24,963 bases of DNA, taken from the NCBI RefSeq assembly GCF_006345805.1, contig NW_021826123.1:1-24963 (forward strand). Direction: 5' to 3'. Within the stretch, counting starts at the first letter, position 1; each line of letters starts with the position of its first letter. Below the pieces are notes generated by a model. It was not told the DNA's origin. It was given only the letters and a program-made list of their open reading frames with translations, and made no database searches. The stretch comes from Octopus sinensis. Lineage: Eukaryota. This document shows positions 21,261 to 24,963 of this stretch, piece after piece. A program made the translations under genes and the position numbers.

Positions 21261-21600
21261 GTGAAGGCGCATGGCTCAGTGGTTAAAGCGCCGAGCTTAC
21301 GATCGTGAGGTTGTGAGCTCGAATCCCGGACCGGGCTGCGTGTTGTGTTCTTGAGCAAGACACTTTATTTTACGTTGCTCCAGTTAACTCAGCTGTAGAA
21401 ATGAATTGCGACGTCACGGGTGCCAAGCTGTATCGGCTGTTTCCTTTCCCTTGGATAACACTGGTGGCGTGGAGAGGGGAGACCGATATGCATGGGCGAC
21501 TGCTGGTCTTCCATAAACCACCTTGCCCAGACTTGTGACTAGGAAGGTAACTTTCTAGGTGCAATCCCATGGTCAGTGTCGTGACAGAAGGGGGTCTCAG
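21261..21600 (+). mobile_element. Full-length tRNA-derived SINE of a second family, with an 11-bp TSD
   Basis: A-box TGGCTCAGTGG at 21272-21282, B-box-like GCTCGAATCC at ~21317-21326, body 'ttgagcaagacacttta..ctcagctgtagaaatg'. ATATTATTAAT occurs at 21250-21260 and 21601-21611. Confidence 0.9.
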
Positions 21601-21665
21601 ATATTATTAATATTACATGCATACATATATACATGCGTCTATATATATATAAAAATAGATAAGTA

Positions 21666-21930
21666 CTGAGGGTAGAAATCGTTTTATTTTGTAAATTTTC
21701 ATTTGCCTTGCTTATTATTTTACATTTTGGCGTTTGCTATTTTTTTTTCTTGAGAACTCACTCTTTGTGGTAAGGCGATTTGACGTCTACTTCTAGCGTA
21801 TAGGATTCCACTCAAGTGGTCATTCCTCTAATTAATTGTTGTATAATTTTAAATCTTCGGATTTTTTTTAATATACTAGACCACTGGTTTAAATTGATGT
21901 TAATTGGTTGATATAATTTTCTACCCTCAG
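21666..21930. mobile_element. Candidate Tc1/mariner-type MITE, 265 bp
   Basis: 13-bp TIR CTGAGGGTAGAAA (21666-21678) / TTTCTACCCTCAG (21918-21930), with TA on both sides. Confidence 0.55.
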
Positions 21931-22245
21931 TATTTTAATTTAAAATAGCAATGTTCTCAAACCGGTGAATTAACTGCGGTAATTCATTATCTGCAGGGTT
22001 GTTTTCCGGCACTAGCGCGCCAAAGTGAAGGCATTTGAAATACACCACAAATATATTTTGTAGAACTGTACATGAGTTTTCTTTCGGGAAAACGTTCCTG
22101 TGCATAGTTCTGTGAAATATGTTTTGAAATACGACAGACTACGCTGAGGACTTACAGATACTTGCATCTTGTATTTTGCATCTTGCATCTTGCGTTTTGC
22201 AAGCACTAATAATGAAATCATGATACGTAAGTAAATGTTTTATGT

Positions 22246-22395
22246 TGTAAACTTTCATTTGCGTTGCTTATTATTTTACATTTTGGTGTTTGCTGTTTTT
22301 TTTTCTTGAGAACACACTCTTTGTGTTAAGGCGATTTGACGTCTATTTCTAGCGTATAGGATTCCACTTAAGTGGTCATTCCCCTTATTAATTGT
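22246..22395 (+). repeat. 150-bp direct repeat of 21690-21839
   Basis: Manual alignment gives about 10 substitutions (~93% identity). Confidence 0.9.
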
Positions 22396-22397
22396 AA

Positions 22398-22448
22398 TAT
22401 ATATATATACGTATATAAATACACACACAAGCTATATCCTATCTATCG

Positions 22449-22480
<32 letters not shown>

Positions 22481-22528
22481 CACAGAGGACATATATATAA
22501 ATACACACCACACACACACCACACACAT

Positions 22529-22578
<50 letters not shown>

Positions 22579-22620
22579 TATATGTGTGTGTGTGTGTGTG
22601 TGGTGTGTGTGTGTGTATAA
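22398..22620. repeat. (TA)n/(CA)n/(TG)n microsatellite
   Basis: Directly visible. Confidence 0.9.
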
Positions 22621-23100
22621 AGGGTTGAATGTGGGTTCGGTTTTAATTGGAGTGGTTTCCAAAATGATTTCTAACGTTGATTCTTCATAATTTACTGAGA
22701 ATTTACTGGTGTAAATTGGCGTAGATACTTTTCTATAGATATTTTTTTAGTTTTCTTAACAGTGGGCTTCGTAAGTATAATACCTCCTTAATCTTCATAT
22801 TTGTTATCGTATTTCCCACTTATCCTTATATTCTCAATTATTTCTATTTTAGTAAACAAGAATCCATAATGATCTTCCACTACATTCTATCAATTTTTTT
22901 TTCTTCTGGTACTTTGACTACATAAGCTTTTTATTATAAGATTTACACACCTAATAATTTATGCGAAACTTTTATCAGCTTTTCTGATTTTAAGAAAAAA
23001 AAAAACTAAATATTGTTTTCAACGGTGAGATATAATTTACATTAGGTTCCGTAATCTCACTGAACTTTTCTCCACCTCACTCGCCCTATGCTTCATATAC

Positions 23101-23514
23101 TCTTTACTCTCTCTTTTTACTTGTTTCAGTCATTTGACTGCGGCCATGCTGGAGCACCACCTTTAATCGAGCAACTCGACCCCGGGACTTATTCTTTTGT
23201 AAGCCCAGTACTTATTCTATCGGTCTCTTTTGCCGAACCGCTAAGTGACGGGGACGTAAACACACCAGCATCGGTTGTCAAGCAATGCTGGGGGGACAAA
23301 CAAAGACACACAAACAAATACACACACATACATATATATATATACATATATACGACGGGCTTCTTTCAGTTTCCGTCTACCAAATCCACTCACAAGGCAT
23401 TGGTCGGCCCGGGGCTATAGCAGAAGACATTTGCCCAAGATGCCACGCAGTGGGACTGAACCCGGAACCATGTGGTTGGTTAGCAAGCTACTTACCAACA
23501 GCCACTCCTGCGCC
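23101..23514 (-). mobile_element. Full-length major-family SINE
   Basis: Intact 5' end GGCGCAGGAGTGGCTG, B-box GGTTCAGTCCC, all body segments and tail. Confidence 0.95.
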
Positions 23515-23575
23515 TATATATGGAGTTATAATTAGCTAATCTGTATTAATCTATAGAAAGAAAGTTATCTATATA

Positions 23576-23966
23576 GGTGTAGGAGTGGCTGTGTGGGAAG
23601 TGGCTTGCTTGCCAACAACATGGTTCCGAGTTCAGTCCCACTGCGTGGCACCTTGGGCAAGTGTCTTCTGCTCTAGTTTCGGGCCGACCAAAGCCTTGTG
23701 AGTGGATTTGGTAGACGGAAACTGAAAGAAGCCAGTCGTATATATGTATATATATATGTGTATGTTTGTGTGTTGTGTTTGCCCCCTCCCCCAACATCGC
23801 TTGACAACCGATGCTGGTGTGTTTATGTCCCCGTAACTTAGCGGTTCGGCAAAAGAGACCGATAGAATAAGTACTAGGCTTAACAAATAATAAGTCCTGG
23901 GGTCGATTTCCTCGACTTAGGGCGGTGCTCTAGCATGGCCGCAGTCAAATGACTGAAACAAGTAAA
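23576..23966 (+). mobile_element. Full-length major-family SINE, head-to-head with 23101-23514
   Basis: Runs from the 5' end GGTGTAGGAGTGGCTGTGTGG to the tail GACTGAAACAAGTAAA. Confidence 0.95.
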
Positions 23967-24469
23967 TGTATAAATGAATATATTTCTATATTTATGCTAT
24001 CCCCTAACCGTCGTTCGTTAGCTGTTGTTTTGAAAATTGACATGACTCCTATGACTATTACACATGAATAGGAACAAATAGACATGAAACTCAAAAGTCC
24101 AACTTCTTAGCTATATTTTTAAAGTTCTTATTTATTCTGCGCTGATGAGTACTTTGATAATTTCAGATTCTGAAAACGAATTTTTATATCTATGTTCGGT
24201 ACGATCGTCTGTATGAATAAACTTCTTAAAACTTTTTTAACACCTTATCTCCTCCATTTTTGACAAACATGATTTGTAGAACTTCTTTCTATGACTTAAT
24301 CATACACTTAATATATAATTAATCCAAACTAGTGGAGGAATATTGGAGATGAAGCTGAAAATGTACAGAGAATATATTAGAATAAATGAGAAATTTAACT
24401 ATATTCTAAAATATTGGAATACGCAATACCGGTTTCACGTTAGATTTTCAAAAGAGTATATACAAATAT

Positions 24470-24675
24470 ACGTGTATGCATGTATGTATTTATGTATGTA
24501 TGTATGTATGTATGTATGTATGTATGTATGTATGTATGTATGTATGTATGTATGTATGTATGTATTTATGTATTTATGTATGTATGTATGTATGTATGTA
24601 TGTATGTATGTATGTATGTATGTATGTATACACGCACACAAACACACACACATACACGCACACATATATATATAT
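24470..24675. repeat. (TATG)n followed by (CA)/(TA) microsatellite
   Basis: Directly visible. Confidence 0.95.
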
Positions 24676-24676
24676 T

Positions 24677-24963
24677 GAAGGCGCGTGGCTAAGTGGTTAG
24701 GGCGTTCGGCTCACGATCGTAGGTCTGTGAGATCAATTCCCGGCGACGCGTTCTGTTTTTGAGCAAGACACTTTATTTCACATTTCTCCAATCCATTCAG
24801 CTAGCAAGTATTAGTTGCACCTGCATTTCAAAAGGATCAGCCTTTTCACACTCCGTGTCATGCTGAATCGCCCCACCCCGCCGAGTACCACTTTAAGGGT
24901 ATATGTGTCTGTGGAGTGCTTAGCCACTTGCAAGTTAATTTCACGAGCAGGCTGTTCTGTTGA
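24677..24963 (+). mobile_element. tRNA-derived SINE with the head of the 21261 element but a different 3' body; probably continues past the window end
   Basis: A-box TGGCTAAGTGG at 24686-24696. 'ttgagcaagacactttattt' is shared with the 21261 element, after which the sequences diverge. Confidence 0.8.

Noticed and set aside
21266-21335. tRNA gene
   Set aside because: It has A/B boxes but no convincing cloverleaf or acceptor stem, and it continues into a SINE body bounded by a TSD.
24000-24340. CTGATGA near 24143 as a hammerhead core, or a DNA-transposon remnant
   Set aside because: No stem II followed by GAAA, and no TIRs or TSD found.
96-24700. Numerous YI/HT/CV/MYVC ORFs, and recurring ORFs such as CGHAGAPPL and GTLGKCLLL
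   Set aside because: They come from microsatellites and from the same SINE read in several copies.

Overview
AT-rich, repeat-dense animal genomic DNA with no recognisable host protein-coding gene. The tRNA-headed SINE families, the Nin-like SINE domain and the microsatellite load look like Octopus (coleoid cephalopod); this taxon call is from recognition, not a search. The window holds about 15 SINE copies or fragments from at least three families and a 5'-truncated RTE-group LINE (about 6645-8546) whose RT frame is broken by many small indels, with no stop codons seen. It also holds Penelope-like (PLE) remnants, a CR1/L2-like remnant, a non-autonomous Helitron with canonical ends, MITE/foldback elements and many microsatellites. 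Most ORF-track entries are translations of microsatellites or SINEs. Main observations: (1) five tandem amplifications (23 bp x ~55, 128 bp x3, 214 bp x2, ~257 bp x2, ~1.5 kb x2), each containing or breaking inside a SINE, with the 23-bp unit apparently being a SINE 5'-end/flank junction; (2) a 228-bp near-perfect palindrome; (3) a head-to-head inverted SINE pair; (4) two copies of a degenerate hammerhead-like motif. Indel noise suggests an imperfectly polished long-read assembly, so some duplications may be artefacts. I found no convincing novel multi-gene system.
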